From: an uncultured Candidatus Saccharibacteria bacterium
GTDB taxonomy: Bacteria > Patescibacteriota > Minisyncoccia > UBA6257 > 2-01-FULL-56-20
Assembly: GCA_964505005.1 (NCBI GenBank)
Contig: CAZDFQ010000004.1
Coordinates: 5,172 to 69,171, forward strand
Direction: 5' to 3'
DNA: 64,000 nucleotides
Shown here: piece after piece, positions 36,835 through 46,874 of the stretch
Numbering within the stretch: position 1 is the stretch's first letter
Layout: each line of letters begins with the position of its first letter
Program-made: the position numbers and the translations under genes
The notes under the pieces: model-generated
What the model was told of the DNA's origin: nothing
The model's input: the letters and a program-made list of their open reading frames with translations, nothing else
The model's database searches: none

Positions 36835-38709
36835 ATGTTTAAATTATCATCCAATTTCCAGCCGCAGGGCGACCAGCCCGCGGCCATCGAAAAACTGATT
36901 GAAGGTCTTGGAAACGGCTTGGAGCACCAGGTCCTTTTGGGCGTTACCGGCAGCGGCAAAACCTTCACTGTGGCCAAGGTCATCGAGCGGGTTGGTTTGC
37001 CGACATTAGTCATTTCCCCGAATAAAATTTTGGCGGCTCAGCTTTACCAGGAATTCAGAAGTTTTTTCCCGGAAAACGCCGTTCACTATTTTGTTTCTTA
37101 TTATGACTACTACCAACCCGAGGCCTATCTGCCAGCCACCGACACCTACATCGCCAAAGATGCGCGCATCAACCGCGACATCGACCGCCTGCGCCACGCC
37201 GCTCTCCAAGCCGTACTTGAACGCCGCGATGTCGTCATTGTGGCTTCGGTTTCCTGCATCTACGGCCTCGGCGACCCGGCGGAATATCAGCGGGCCAGCT
37301 TGGAGCTGAAAATTGGCCAAAAAATAAGTCCGGCTGATGTCAGCCGGCACCTCAACTTCCTGCAGTACGAACGAACCAGCCGCGAACCTGGCCAAGCCGG
37401 CCAGTTCCGAACAGAGAAACCTGCCCGCCGCGCTTCGCTCGGCGCAGGCGGGAATTCGATTTTTATTTACTTAATCACTGGCGAAAAAGTTATTCTTGAT
37501 TTCCATCCGCCAACTGGCGGACGCCGGCTCGCCTCAATTTTTAATCTCTCGCGTAACAAAGAGATGCGGAAATTGCGGATCTTCCCGGCTAAATTTTGGG
37601 TCACTCCCCGCGACCGCTTGCGCCTGGCGCTTTTGAACATCGAGCGAGAACTGACTGAACGCCTTGAAGACCTGCAGCAAGCCAACAAATTCAAAGAAGC
37701 CGAGCGCCTGGAAAAACGGGTGGCTTTTGACCTTGAGCGCTTGAAAAAAGACGGCTACATGAATGGAATTGAAAATTATTCGCGGCATTTGAGCTTCCGC
37801 GAGCCCGGCGAACCGCCGATGACCATTCTTGATTATTTTCCCAAGCCGTTTCTTCTTTTCGTCGATGAATCGCACATCGCCGTGCCCCAGCTGAACGGAA
37901 TGTACCAAGGCGACCGCCGGCGCAAACAAACCCTTGTCAATTACGGCTTCCGGCTGCCCTCGGCCCTGGACAATCGGCCGTTGCGGTTCGAGGAATTCAA
38001 GAAAAAAATCAGCCAGACGATTTACGTCTCGGCCACGCCCGGTGACTATGAACTCAAGAATGCCAATGAAGTCGGCCAAGTCGTGGAACAAATCATCAGG
38101 CCAACCGGCGTTCTTGACCCGGAAATAATCATCCGACCAGCCCAGACCCAGATAAAAAGCTTGCTCGTAGAAATCAAAAAGCGGGCCCAGAAAAACGAAC
38201 GGGTGCTGGCCCTGACCCTGACCAAGCGCCAGTCCGAAGACCTGACCGAATTTCTTTTGAGCCGCGGCCTCAAAGCCCAATACATTCATTCGGAAATAAA
38301 AACGCTTGAGAGGCCGAAAATTCTTCATCAGCTGCGGAGCGGGGAAGTCGATGTGCTGGTCGGCATCAATCTTTTGCGTGAGGGCCTGGATTTGCCGGAA
38401 GTGAGTTTAATCGCCATCTTGAATGCGGACGCCGAAGGATTTTTGCGAAATCACCGGAGCATCATCCAGATGGCTGGCCGGGCCGCCCGCTCCACCAACG
38501 GCCAGGTGATTCTTTACGCGGACCAGATTACCGATTCCATTAAAAAAGCCGTGGCGGAAACCAACCGCCGCCGGAAAATCCAAATGGCTTTCAACAAAAA
38601 ATACCGGCTGGAACCGAAAACCATCAAAAAACCGCTGACTGTTTCCAGCTTGCTCGAAATCGCCGGCCTCCAAAACGCGATTGAAACAGAAGAGGACTTG
38701 CTCAAGTAA
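36835..38709 (+). CDS. uvrB: Excinuclease ABC subunit B (short form lacking the C-terminal UvrC-interaction tail)
   Basis: 'VLLGVTGSGKTFT', 'GIENYSRHLS.REPGEPP' and 'VGINLLREGLDLPEVSL' are UvrB hallmarks. Confidence 0.9.
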   Translation: MFKLSSNFQPQGDQPAAIEKLIEGLGNGLEHQVLLGVTGSGKTFTVAKVIERVGLPTLVISPNKILAAQLYQEFRSFFPENAVHYFVSYYDYYQPEAYLPATDTYIAKDARINRDIDRLRHAALQAVLERRDVVIVASVSCIYGLGDPAEYQRASLELKIGQKISPADVSRHLNFLQYERTSREPGQAGQFRTEKPARRASLGAGGNSIFIYLITGEKVILDFHPPTGGRRLASIFNLSRNKEMRKLRIFPAKFWVTPRDRLRLALLNIERELTERLEDLQQANKFKEAERLEKRVAFDLERLKKDGYMNGIENYSRHLSFREPGEPPMTILDYFPKPFLLFVDESHIAVPQLNGMYQGDRRRKQTLVNYGFRLPSALDNRPLRFEEFKKKISQTIYVSATPGDYELKNANEVGQVVEQIIRPTGVLDPEIIIRPAQTQIKSLLVEIKKRAQKNERVLALTLTKRQSEDLTEFLLSRGLKAQYIHSEIKTLERPKILHQLRSGEVDVLVGINLLREGLDLPEVSLIAILNADAEGFLRNHRSIIQMAGRAARSTNGQVILYADQITDSIKKAVAETNRRRKIQMAFNKKYRLEPKTIKKPLTVSSLLEIAGLQNAIETEEDLLK

Positions 38710-38735
38710 GAAAAAAAATATAAGCTTTTATAACT

Positions 38736-38999
38736 ATGCCTATTACAAAATCGGCCAAAAAAGCCCTTCGGCAATCGAGCCGCCGGCAGCTCCAAAATTT
38801 AAGGCGCAAAGAAACGTTCAAAAAAGAAATTAAGGACTACAAACGCCTGTTAGTTGACCAGAAAATCGACGAGGCCAAACAAAAACTGATTTTGGTCTAT
38901 AAAGCGCTTGATAAAGCGGCCAAAACCAACGCCATTAAAAAGAACAAGGCTGGCCGGCTGAAGTCACGTTTAGCCCGATTACTAGAAGCTAAAAGCTAA
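38736..38999 (+). CDS. rpsT: 30S ribosomal protein S20
   Basis: 'MPITKSAKKALRQSSRRQLQNLRRKE' basic S20 N-terminus; 87 aa. Confidence 0.85.
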   Translation: MPITKSAKKALRQSSRRQLQNLRRKETFKKEIKDYKRLLVDQKIDEAKQKLILVYKALDKAAKTNAIKKNKAGRLKSRLARLLEAKS

Positions 39000-39829
39000 C
39001 CGCTCAAAGCTAAATCCAAAATAACCTCCTCGTAGTCGAGCTTACCTGATTTTACTAAAACATCGTAAGTCGCCAGCTGGCTTAATTTTTCCGGCCACTG
39101 ATAAACGAGCATATTAAAAACTTTGGGCATCGGTTCGTTGAGCGAAAAAATCCGTTCCAAGGAATTCAGCCGTTCGCCCAATTGATAATCCCTTAAGTCC
39201 CTTAGAAATTCCCGAAGGTCAGGCGTTATTTCCAAGCCCAGTTTTTCCAGTTCGTCCTTGCTGATGACCCCGCGCTTTAAAGAACTGATTTTCTGAAGCT
39301 CGGTAATCAGGCGCCAGGTATCGCCCTGGTAAACATCAGCCAAAAATTTCAGAGCTGGGCTGTTTAATTTAATTCCGTATTCTTGCGCTTTCTCCGCGAT
39401 AAACCTACTCCATTCCTCTTCTCCTAAATAATCGAATTTATGAACCTCAATATTAGCCGATTTCCTTCTAAGGAAACTCAGACCTTCGCCAGCGGCGTTT
39501 TTTTCAGACATTAAAATTGTCAAAGCCCCGCTGGCCATCGGCTTCGCCTCAGGCGAATGGCGGGCAGGCGGTTGTTTGGCTGCCCATTTCAATTCTTCGG
39601 CCAAAGCTTTCTCCGAAAATTCGAAGACGTTTTTCAAAACCGCTAATTTTCCGGATTCAAACATTGATTGATTCCTTATAAAATCCCGGAGGCGGGAAAA
39701 TTCTTCTTTTTTCTCCAAATCAAAAAAATCAACCGCTGAGCTCGACTGCTCTTTTCTGAACCCAGATATAATATTTCTTTTTTCTTTTTCCCGCCGGTAA
39801 TCATCCGGGCCGTAAAGAAAGATAATCAT
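38996..39829 (-). CDS. holA: DNA polymerase III delta subunit (HolA-like)
   Basis: 'MIIFLYGPDDYRREKE' is the delta-subunit N-terminal pattern; ~277 aa. Confidence 0.55.
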   Translation of the reverse strand: MIIFLYGPDDYRREKEKRNIISGFRKEQSSSAVDFFDLEKKEEFSRLRDFIRNQSMFESGKLAVLKNVFEFSEKALAEELKWAAKQPPARHSPEAKPMASGALTILMSEKNAAGEGLSFLRRKSANIEVHKFDYLGEEEWSRFIAEKAQEYGIKLNSPALKFLADVYQGDTWRLITELQKISSLKRGVISKDELEKLGLEITPDLREFLRDLRDYQLGERLNSLERIFSLNEPMPKVFNMLVYQWPEKLSQLATYDVLVKSGKLDYEEVILDLALSG

Positions 39830-39832
39830 AGT

Positions 39833-40030
39833 ATGATTGAATCTCTAATTCCTAATCTCTAAATCCTCCAATTGGCAGCGAGGAGAAAGCAAATGAATTA
39901 GACATTTATTTTCGACGAGCGAACCAATTGATGAAATGAAGTTTCATTAACAAATCCAAAACTCAAATTTCAAAACGATTTAGAATTTTGGGTTTTGATA
40001 TTTGAGATTGTTTAGAGATTAGGGTTTAGA
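39833..40030. mobile_element. Family A MITE-like element with the conserved core (second copy of the virB4-splitting element)
   Basis: 'aatcctccaattggcagcgaggagaaagcaaatgaattagacatttattttcgacgagcg...gaagtttcattaacaaatcc' is co-linear with 12058-12170. Confidence 0.55.
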
Positions 40031-40032
40031 AA

Positions 40033-41715
40033 TTAGGATTTTTTATTAGCGGCTGTTTTAATGAATTCTCTGAACAGCGGGTGGGGATGAAGCGGTCGGG
40101 ACTTGAATTCTGGATGGAATTGAGTGCCGACGAAAAACGGATGGATGCTTCGGGGCAATTCCATAATTTCCATCAAACGCCGGTCCGGCGAAACTCCGGA
40201 AAAGATAAGGCCTTTTTTTTCTAGTTTTTCGATGTAGCGCGGATTGACTTCGTAGCGATGCCGATGCCGCTCGGAAATCGTCAGATAAGTCCTATTAGTC
40301 TTATAAGTGTTATAGGCAATCGTGTCTTTTTTTAAAACCGCCGGATAAGCACCCAGCCGCATGGTGGCGCCGTAATTCTTTTCAGCCAGCAACTTTTTCT
40401 GCTCAAGCATAACATCAATCACCGGCTCAGGGGTTCTTGGATTAATCTCCGTGGTGTGGGCCTTTTTAAGGCCCAAAACATTTCTGGAGAACTCGACAAC
40501 GGCGAGCTGCATTCCGTAACACAAACCAAGATAAGGGATTTTCTTTTCCCGGCAATAACGGATGGCCACAATTTTACCTTCTACGCCCCGGCCGCCAAAG
40601 CCTCCCGGAACGATTACGCCGTTGTATTTAGAAAGTTCTTTGATGCTCGCCGGATTCTTTTCAAACTGGCCGGAATTGAGCCAAATAATCTGCGGTCTGA
40701 CTTTGAGTTCGCCGCCGGCGTGCTTGATGGCTTCAATGACGGAGATGTAAGAATCCTCAAGAATAAAATCGCCGGTGCCGAAGTACTTGCCCACGATGCC
40801 GATTTTCACCGCTTTTTTGGAACGATTCATATCCAAAACCATTCTTCGCCATTCGCTCATATCCCGCCGCCTGGGTTTCAAATTGAGATTGCCGAGCAGG
40901 CGCTCACTCATCGCATCTTTTTCAAAATTGAGCGGCACTTCGTAGATATTCGAGACATTCGGCGCGGAAATGACATTGCCGTTGGCAATGCTGCACATAA
41001 ACTCGATTTTTTCTTTGCGCTTGCGGTCGAGCGGCACGCTGGCCCGGCCCAATATCATTTCCGGATGCAAACCAACCGCATTCAAGCTGCGCACCGCGTG
41101 TTGGGTGGGCTTGGTTTTGAGCTCAGTGCCGCCCGCGCCCAAAGCCGGCAGAAAGCTCACCAGCACCAGCATTACATCCGTCGGCTGTTTTATCTTGAGC
41201 ATCCGGATGGCTTCTAAAAAAAGAATGTTTTCGTATTCGCCGACCGTGCCGCCGATTTCCACGATAACAATGTCCGCCCGGCTTTTTCTGGCCGCGGTCT
41301 CAATCCGGCTGATAACTTCCAGGGGAATACGCGGGACCACTTCCACTTGCTTGCCGTCGTATTCGAGATTCCTTTCTTTCTGAATAACTGATAGATAAAC
41401 GCTGCCAGTGGTCATATAATTGGCCCTGGTCAGGTCGCGGTTCAAAAACCGCTCATAATTGCCCATGTCCTGGTCACATTCGGTGCCGTCATCAAGAACG
41501 AAAACCTCGCCGTGCTCGGTCGGACTCATAGTACCGGCGTCAACATTGACATAGGGATCAATTTTGACAGCCGTAACCTCAAACCCTCGCGATTGAAGTA
41601 TCTTGCCAATCGAAGAAGCGGCCACGCCCTTGCCGACGCCGGACATCACGCCGCCGACCACGAAGATATATTTTAGATTCTTTGTTTTAGGCATTGGTTT
41701 TGGCCTGCCCGCCAT
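40033..41715 (-). CDS. pyrG: CTP synthase
   Basis: 'VVGGVMSGVGKGVAASS' N-terminus and a C-terminal glutamine amidotransferase domain 'GLCYGMQ'. Confidence 0.95.
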   Translation of the reverse strand: MAGRPKPMPKTKNLKYIFVVGGVMSGVGKGVAASSIGKILQSRGFEVTAVKIDPYVNVDAGTMSPTEHGEVFVLDDGTECDQDMGNYERFLNRDLTRANYMTTGSVYLSVIQKERNLEYDGKQVEVVPRIPLEVISRIETAARKSRADIVIVEIGGTVGEYENILFLEAIRMLKIKQPTDVMLVLVSFLPALGAGGTELKTKPTQHAVRSLNAVGLHPEMILGRASVPLDRKRKEKIEFMCSIANGNVISAPNVSNIYEVPLNFEKDAMSERLLGNLNLKPRRRDMSEWRRMVLDMNRSKKAVKIGIVGKYFGTGDFILEDSYISVIEAIKHAGGELKVRPQIIWLNSGQFEKNPASIKELSKYNGVIVPGGFGGRGVEGKIVAIRYCREKKIPYLGLCYGMQLAVVEFSRNVLGLKKAHTTEINPRTPEPVIDVMLEQKKLLAEKNYGATMRLGAYPAVLKKDTIAYNTYKTNRTYLTISERHRHRYEVNPRYIEKLEKKGLIFSGVSPDRRLMEIMELPRSIHPFFVGTQFHPEFKSRPLHPHPLFREFIKTAANKKS

Positions 41716-41756
41716 TGCCTTTCAGCAAGGCTGGGCAACTATTAAGGGCGCCTGAT

Positions 41757-42158
41757 TCAACTTCTGAATCTGTGCCGACTTTTATTAACAGGCGCTGGCA
41801 GACGGGCGCGGCTGCGGCGCTTCAGTTCATAATAATCGACGGCCTTCACGAGTTTAACCGGATATTTTTTAGTATTAAGCCGGATTTTTTCCTCAACGGT
41901 TTTCGAAACATCGATTTCTTCTGCCGAAGCAAATTCCAAACAGTAGACAATCACATCCGCTAATTCATACTCCATCTCCTTTTTATTCTTGCCTCTGTTT
42001 TTGAAAAAATCATCCCATTGAAAATGTTCCAAAAGTTCAGCGGCTTCAATCGCAATAGAGATGGCGAGGTCGCGCGACTTAGGATTCCAGCCGCGTTCCC
42101 GCTGGAATTTTTTAAGTTTATTTTTTAGCTGTTGAATGGTTGTTGTTTTATCGCTCAT
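41757..42158 (-). CDS. MazG-like nucleotide pyrophosphohydrolase
   Basis: 'RDLAISIAIEAAELLEHFQW...EMEYELADVIVY' matches the MazG EExxE pattern. The C-terminal ~20 aa read through a hairpin. Confidence 0.65.
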   Translation of the reverse strand: MSDKTTTIQQLKNKLKKFQRERGWNPKSRDLAISIAIEAAELLEHFQWDDFFKNRGKNKKEMEYELADVIVYCLEFASAEEIDVSKTVEEKIRLNTKKYPVKLVKAVDYYELKRRSRARLPAPVNKSRHRFRS

Positions 42159-42175
42159 GGTTTTTATCCCTTGAT

Positions 42176-42595
42176 TTAACCTAGCATAGCTAAAATAATC
42201 GCTCCAGCAACAATAAAAATAATTCCTAAAATTTTTGCGGCTGTTACGCTATCTCCGAGTAAAAACCCTATAGCAACTGCTATTGCTATACTTCCCCCGA
42301 TTATTATCGGCCCACCAATGCTTACCGGAACACCTCCTGAATACGCTTTTAATGCCAAGAAATCTATAAAGAAAGCCATTATGCCTGCAAGCACAACAAA
42401 AATTACGCCTTTTATGTCAACGATAAATTGTATATTTTTGTTTTTAATAAAGAAAATTATGCCAACAATGACAGCGGCCAGAGAAACAATAATCGCCCCT
42501 AAAACCTGACTAATGTAAGGTGAAGCAAGTTTATGAAAGACAGTCCACAAACCCAAAACTAATGCGGCTAGGATTGCAAAGATGTAGGGGTTCAT
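42176..42595 (-). CDS. Small four-TM membrane protein
   Basis: 139 aa, hydrophobic throughout. Confidence 0.45.
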   Translation of the reverse strand: MNPYIFAILAALVLGLWTVFHKLASPYISQVLGAIIVSLAAVIVGIIFFIKNKNIQFIVDIKGVIFVVLAGIMAFFIDFLALKAYSGGVPVSIGGPIIIGGSIAIAVAIGFLLGDSVTAAKILGIIFIVAGAIILAMLG

Positions 42596-42605
42596 TATAT
42601 TTGTC

Positions 42606-43475
42606 TTATTTCTGGCATTTCGGGCAAAAATGAGCGGTCCGGCCGCCGATTTTCAGCCGACTGATTTTCGTGCCGCAGCGCCGGCAGGGCTGGCCAGCAC
42701 GCTGGTACACCAAGCGGCTGTTGGTGTAATTGCCGGGTCGGCCAGCCGGGTCCCGATAATCACTGGTGGAAGTGCCGCGCAAACGCACGGCTTTTTTCAA
42801 AATGAAATTCATAGCCAGAAAAAGATTTTTCAACTCCCTCTCGCTCAACTTTTCCGCCGGTTTAGCCGGATGAATTTTAGCCCGCCAAAGAATCTCATCC
42901 GAATAAATGTTGCCTATGCCGGCAATCACTTCCTGATCCATCAAAATCGGCTTGATTTTCCGCTTTTCGGCTTTGATTAAACTTTTGAATTTTTCAAAAT
43001 TCAATTCCGGAGACAGCGGCTCTGGGCCGAGGCTCTGAAGGTCCGCGGAGTTCTCGATTTCTTTCTTCGGCCCGAAAAGGATTTTCGCAAATTTCCGCAA
43101 ATCCGACAAGCCGAGCATCCGGCCGTCATCAAGTTTAAACATCAAGTGGAGATAGTCGTTCACTTTTTCCTGAAGCGGCCCCTTGCTAACGCTTTCCCAT
43201 TTCCCCTGTCTCATTTGCCATTTACCAATCAGGAGGTGGCCGGTCATTTTCTGGTGGATTAAAAGCAGCTGCTGTTGGTCAAGCTCGAAGAGAATGTTTT
43301 TGGCACGGCGGCTAATTTTCTCGATGCGGCGGCCGATAATCCTCTTTTTGAATTCTTCGGGTTTCGGCTTTTTAATCAGCTTCGGCCAGTCGAACCAGAC
43401 ATCGGTAATCCGCCGGCCGATGATTTTTTTCTTGAGAGTATTGACGGTGGTTTCGACTTCGGGGAGTTCAGGCAT
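42606..43475 (-). CDS. mutM: Formamidopyrimidine-DNA glycosylase
   Basis: 'MPELPEVETTV' N-terminal Pro/Glu catalytic dyad and a C-terminal zinc finger 'CRRCGTKI...CPKCQ'. Confidence 0.9.
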   Translation of the reverse strand: MPELPEVETTVNTLKKKIIGRRITDVWFDWPKLIKKPKPEEFKKRIIGRRIEKISRRAKNILFELDQQQLLLIHQKMTGHLLIGKWQMRQGKWESVSKGPLQEKVNDYLHLMFKLDDGRMLGLSDLRKFAKILFGPKKEIENSADLQSLGPEPLSPELNFEKFKSLIKAEKRKIKPILMDQEVIAGIGNIYSDEILWRAKIHPAKPAEKLSERELKNLFLAMNFILKKAVRLRGTSTSDYRDPAGRPGNYTNSRLVYQRAGQPCRRCGTKISRLKIGGRTAHFCPKCQK

Positions 43476-43479
43476 AATA

Positions 43480-43612
43480 ATATAAAAAATCCTAAATCCT
43501 AATCCCTAAATCCAAATGTTCTAAATTTAAAATGGGTTTAGAATTTTGGGTTTCGGTTATTTGTCCGCCACCCGGCGGATTGTTTAGAAATTAGGATTTA
43601 GAAATTAGAGAT
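43480..43612. repeat. Family A palindromic MITE-like element between mutM and the histidine kinase
   Basis: 'cctaaatcctaatccctaaatccaaat...ttgtttagaaattaggatttagaaattagagattta' with a 'ccgccacccggcgg' central palindrome. Confidence 0.55.
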
Positions 43613-44947
43613 TTATTCCATTATTGGTATTTCTCGTTGCGGCACCAGATTTTTGTCTGTCGGCAGAGTGAAATGGAAAACGCTGCCGCGATTTAGTTCT
43701 GACTCGGCTCCTATTTCCCCTCCATGAGTTCGGACTATGTTTCTGGCGATGTAAAGTCCGAGGCCGGTTCCCTCGGTCTGAAACTTTAGCGCATTGTCGG
43801 CCCGGAAGAATTTGCTGAAAAGTTTCTGCAGGTCTTCGGCCGGAACGCCGATGCCGGTGTCTTTCACGCTTACTTTCAAAAATGGCTTGTCGGGAATTTG
43901 TTCGGCCTTGACGATAACTTCGCCGTTTTTCACATTATAACGGATGGCATTATCCAAAAGATTGACGAGTACCAGGGAAAGTTTCCGGGTATCGGCAAAA
44001 ACCAACGGCAACTGCCCGGTTGGCGCATCGAAATAAAGCCGCACGCCGGCTTGATGCGCTTGAGGCGAAACTTGTTCAAGAATTTTATTCAAAAATTCTA
44101 CAAGATTAATTGGCTCGAAATTGTAGCCGAATTTACCTTCTTCAATTTTCGCCACGTCTAAAATATCCTCCACGGTTTTTACTAAAAGCTGGCTGGCCTC
44201 GAGCGCTTTCTTCGCAATCTCTCGATTATTATCACTTAGGTTTCTATCTGCCGCCAGGGCTTCGAGGGCCCAGGTGATGTTGGTCAGCGGTGTTTTGAGT
44301 TGGTGTGAAGCCACGGTTATAAATTCACTTTTTTCTTTTAAAAGAACGACTTCCCGGGTACGGTCGCGGATGATTTTCATGAATTTTTCCGGCTGACCTC
44401 CGGCAACTGCCGGACTGCCGAGCCTTGAGGTAATAATGCGGAATTCCAAAGCCGGCTCTTGGAAAGAGACATCGACAACCTGGGGCCACTCGCCGCTGGC
44501 CGACCGCGGGACCATTACCGGAGCCAGGGAAGGAAAAAGAGTTTGGACCAGAAGCTGGAGCTTAGGGTTCTCGGCATCCTGCGGCGAAATAGCTTTGCCT
44601 TCAACGCTGCCGGCGCCTATCCCAAAGAGTTTTTCAGCCGCTGGATTAAAAGAAATTATCCGGAAATCCTGGTCGTAAATAATCAGGGCGTCAGCCAGGC
44701 TGTCGATAAATTTCTTAAATTCCTGGTTTTTTCCGGCTGGCTCGCGGCTGGGCCGGCGGCCGCCGGCCCAGCTCAAGAAAAAGAAAATTACTATTCCTGA
44801 AATAAAGATGGCGTTCAGCCAACCCCATAAACCCGGCAGTCCCAACAGGCCAATCAGCAAAAGAACAATACCAAAAGTCAAAACCAGAAAAAGGTAGATA
44901 TAAGCCCGCCAGTCAGCGGTTTCAAAAAATCTTTTGAAAGCATTCAT
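43613..44947 (-). CDS. Sensor histidine kinase (PAS, HisKA, HATPase_c); no adjacent response regulator
   Basis: Two TM helices, H-box 'ASHQLKTPLTNI', and G-boxes 'DTGIGVP' and 'GTGLGL'. Confidence 0.85.
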   Translation of the reverse strand: MNAFKRFFETADWRAYIYLFLVLTFGIVLLLIGLLGLPGLWGWLNAIFISGIVIFFFLSWAGGRRPSREPAGKNQEFKKFIDSLADALIIYDQDFRIISFNPAAEKLFGIGAGSVEGKAISPQDAENPKLQLLVQTLFPSLAPVMVPRSASGEWPQVVDVSFQEPALEFRIITSRLGSPAVAGGQPEKFMKIIRDRTREVVLLKEKSEFITVASHQLKTPLTNITWALEALAADRNLSDNNREIAKKALEASQLLVKTVEDILDVAKIEEGKFGYNFEPINLVEFLNKILEQVSPQAHQAGVRLYFDAPTGQLPLVFADTRKLSLVLVNLLDNAIRYNVKNGEVIVKAEQIPDKPFLKVSVKDTGIGVPAEDLQKLFSKFFRADNALKFQTEGTGLGLYIARNIVRTHGGEIGAESELNRGSVFHFTLPTDKNLVPQREIPIME

Positions 44948-44991
44948 TTTGAGGAATTATATCATAAAATCCGGCGCTTCTCGGTAAGCAG

Positions 44992-45999
44992 TCAGGAAAA
45001 TATTTTGCCTTGGCCAGCTGGCTCTTTCGGCTCGGTCGCCTGAATGTTGTCCAGTCTTTTGAGAATCATTTTGAAGCCGGCTTTTTGGAAATATTCTCTA
45101 AGTTCATCCCGATTATTTTTTATTCTAAGCTCGTCTATTTCGCCGACTCCCAGGTCGAGATTTCTTTCGAGCGTCACCAATTTTTTGGAAAGCATTGCTT
45201 GTCCCTCATTTTCCTGAAGTTTTTCTCTGATTTTTCCCGGTGTTTCAGCCAGATTCTCGTAAATTTTTTCGAGATTGCCGAATTTTTTCAGAAGCTCAGT
45301 GGCGGTTTTTGGTCCAATGCCTTTTACGCCTCTAATGTTGTCCGAGACGTCGCCGATTAAGGCCTTGTAGTCAATCAGCTGTGACGGTTTTAGGCCATAG
45401 CGTTCTTCAACCGCTTTTTCGTCGTACAAGGTTGTTTCGCTGATTCCTTTTCGGAAGGTCCGGACAACTATTTTTTCGTCTTTTATCAGCTGGAGGGTGT
45501 CCAAATCGCCGGTCAAAATCACAATCTGTAAATCATTTTTTCCGTCCGAGGCGGATTCCTGCTCGTCCCTGCCTTGCCGGCAGGCGGGCGACAGGCGGGC
45601 GCCCTTGGCGGAAAATCTTTCCGCCAGGGTCGCCACCAAATCATCGGCCTCGAAGCCGATTTTCTCAAACACTCGGATGCCGAATTTTTCAAAAAGCGCC
45701 TGGGCTTCAATGATTTGCGAAATAAGGTCATCGGGCGTCGGCGGCCGCTGGGCTTTGTATTTTGGATATTCTACTTCACGAAAAGTCGGCTCTGGTCGGT
45801 CAAAGGAAGCCGCGGCGTACTCCGGTTTCTCTTCTTTAGTTATTTTCAAGAGAATATTGGCTAAACCTAAAATTGCCTGAATCGGTCGGCCATCCGGCGC
45901 CGTCAATCTCGGCAGAGCGTGAAAGCAGCGGTGAATTAGGGAATTGGCGTCAATAAGAAGAAGGGTTTTCATGAGAATAAATTTAAATGCAAGATGCAA
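44992..45999 (-). CDS. 5'-3' exonuclease (FEN / PolI N-terminal-domain type)
   Basis: 'LLLIDANSLIHRCFHA' and 'GFEADDLVATLA' match 5'-3' exonuclease motifs. A repeat-derived insertion 'SPACRQGRDEQESASDG' is present. Confidence 0.8.
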   Translation of the reverse strand: MHLAFKFILMKTLLLIDANSLIHRCFHALPRLTAPDGRPIQAILGLANILLKITKEEKPEYAAASFDRPEPTFREVEYPKYKAQRPPTPDDLISQIIEAQALFEKFGIRVFEKIGFEADDLVATLAERFSAKGARLSPACRQGRDEQESASDGKNDLQIVILTGDLDTLQLIKDEKIVVRTFRKGISETTLYDEKAVEERYGLKPSQLIDYKALIGDVSDNIRGVKGIGPKTATELLKKFGNLEKIYENLAETPGKIREKLQENEGQAMLSKKLVTLERNLDLGVGEIDELRIKNNRDELREYFQKAGFKMILKRLDNIQATEPKEPAGQGKIFS

Positions 46000-46115
46000 A
46001 AAATCTCAGCCCGAGGCGGATTCCTGCTCGTCCAGCAGACGCCTTTGGCAGAAAAATGACAATTCAAAATTTCTAAAGCATTTTTGATTTTACATTATTA
46101 TTTTACATTTTGATA

Positions 46116-46800
46116 TGTAAAATTTCCCGGCATTGTTTACATCGTTCGACTGGTGCAAAACAACGTTATGACAATCCATAAAAGGGCCTGCCCGCCACCT
46201 GTTCAGCATCAGGAAATCTCTCAAGTATTATAGGATTATAGGGAAAACAAGAGAATCTGCGGCTTGGGCCACGAGTCCAGCGCTTCTCGGCGGACGTCTA
46301 CCGCGCGCTCGAACCAGACAGAGACAAGGATTTCCCGTTCCCCAAAAGCACTAACAAGCAAGAATTCTGAGCAGCTATTTGTGGCTATTGATGATTTCTC
46401 GAGCGAGTTCTCCGCCGCCATTCTGCCGGACAAAGCGCAGTATTCCGCCACCAGATTCTTGGAACAGGCTGTCAAATGCCCCTATACCATTGAGGTGTGG
46501 TATACTGACAATAGCCGCGAGTTTGTCGGTAATCCCAAACCTCACGTCTTTATGAGGCTTCCCGCGATAAAAAAATTGAGCAATGCTTCACAAAGGCGAG
46601 GACTCCGAGGACCCGACGGCAAGGCGAAGAGGGCGATACAGCTGATTAGGGAAATGTGACACGAGAAAACAAGGCTTAAGAGCAGTGCATACAGGAGACA
46701 GAAGTTTATCAGGTTCGTGAACTGCTGCAACGCCGTGAAACCACCCAAGAGCATTGGAAACCTGACGCCGACGGGGAAGCTAATCAGCTATTTTTATCCC
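46116..46800 (+). mobile_element. Decayed IS481/IS3-superfamily insertion-sequence remnant (left terminal repeat plus truncated transposase)
   Basis: Terminal 'tgtaaaatttcccggcattgtttacat' with subterminal 'ttttacat' repeats. The internal transposase fragment has the rve-type 'FVAIDDFS' and 'VWYTDNSREF' motifs. Confidence 0.55.
46264..46659 (+). pseudogene. Transposase (DDE/rve integrase core) fragment, N- and C-terminally truncated
   Basis: Has 'FVAIDDFS' and 'TDNSREF' but lacks the upstream HTH and 'W..D.T' region. Confidence 0.55.
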
Positions 46801-46874
46801 CAAGATATAAACAAGGCGACGGTTTCTTACAGATAAGTAAGTTAATCAGAATAATAGATTTAGGATTTAAGAAT

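Noticed and set aside
3640-43612. Recurrent 'ctaaatcctaat/tctctaaac' units could be mistaken for a CRISPR array
   Set aside because: Copies are palindromic pairs scattered in different intergenic regions with irregular spacing and degenerate sequence. There is no tandem repeat-spacer periodicity and there are no cas genes.
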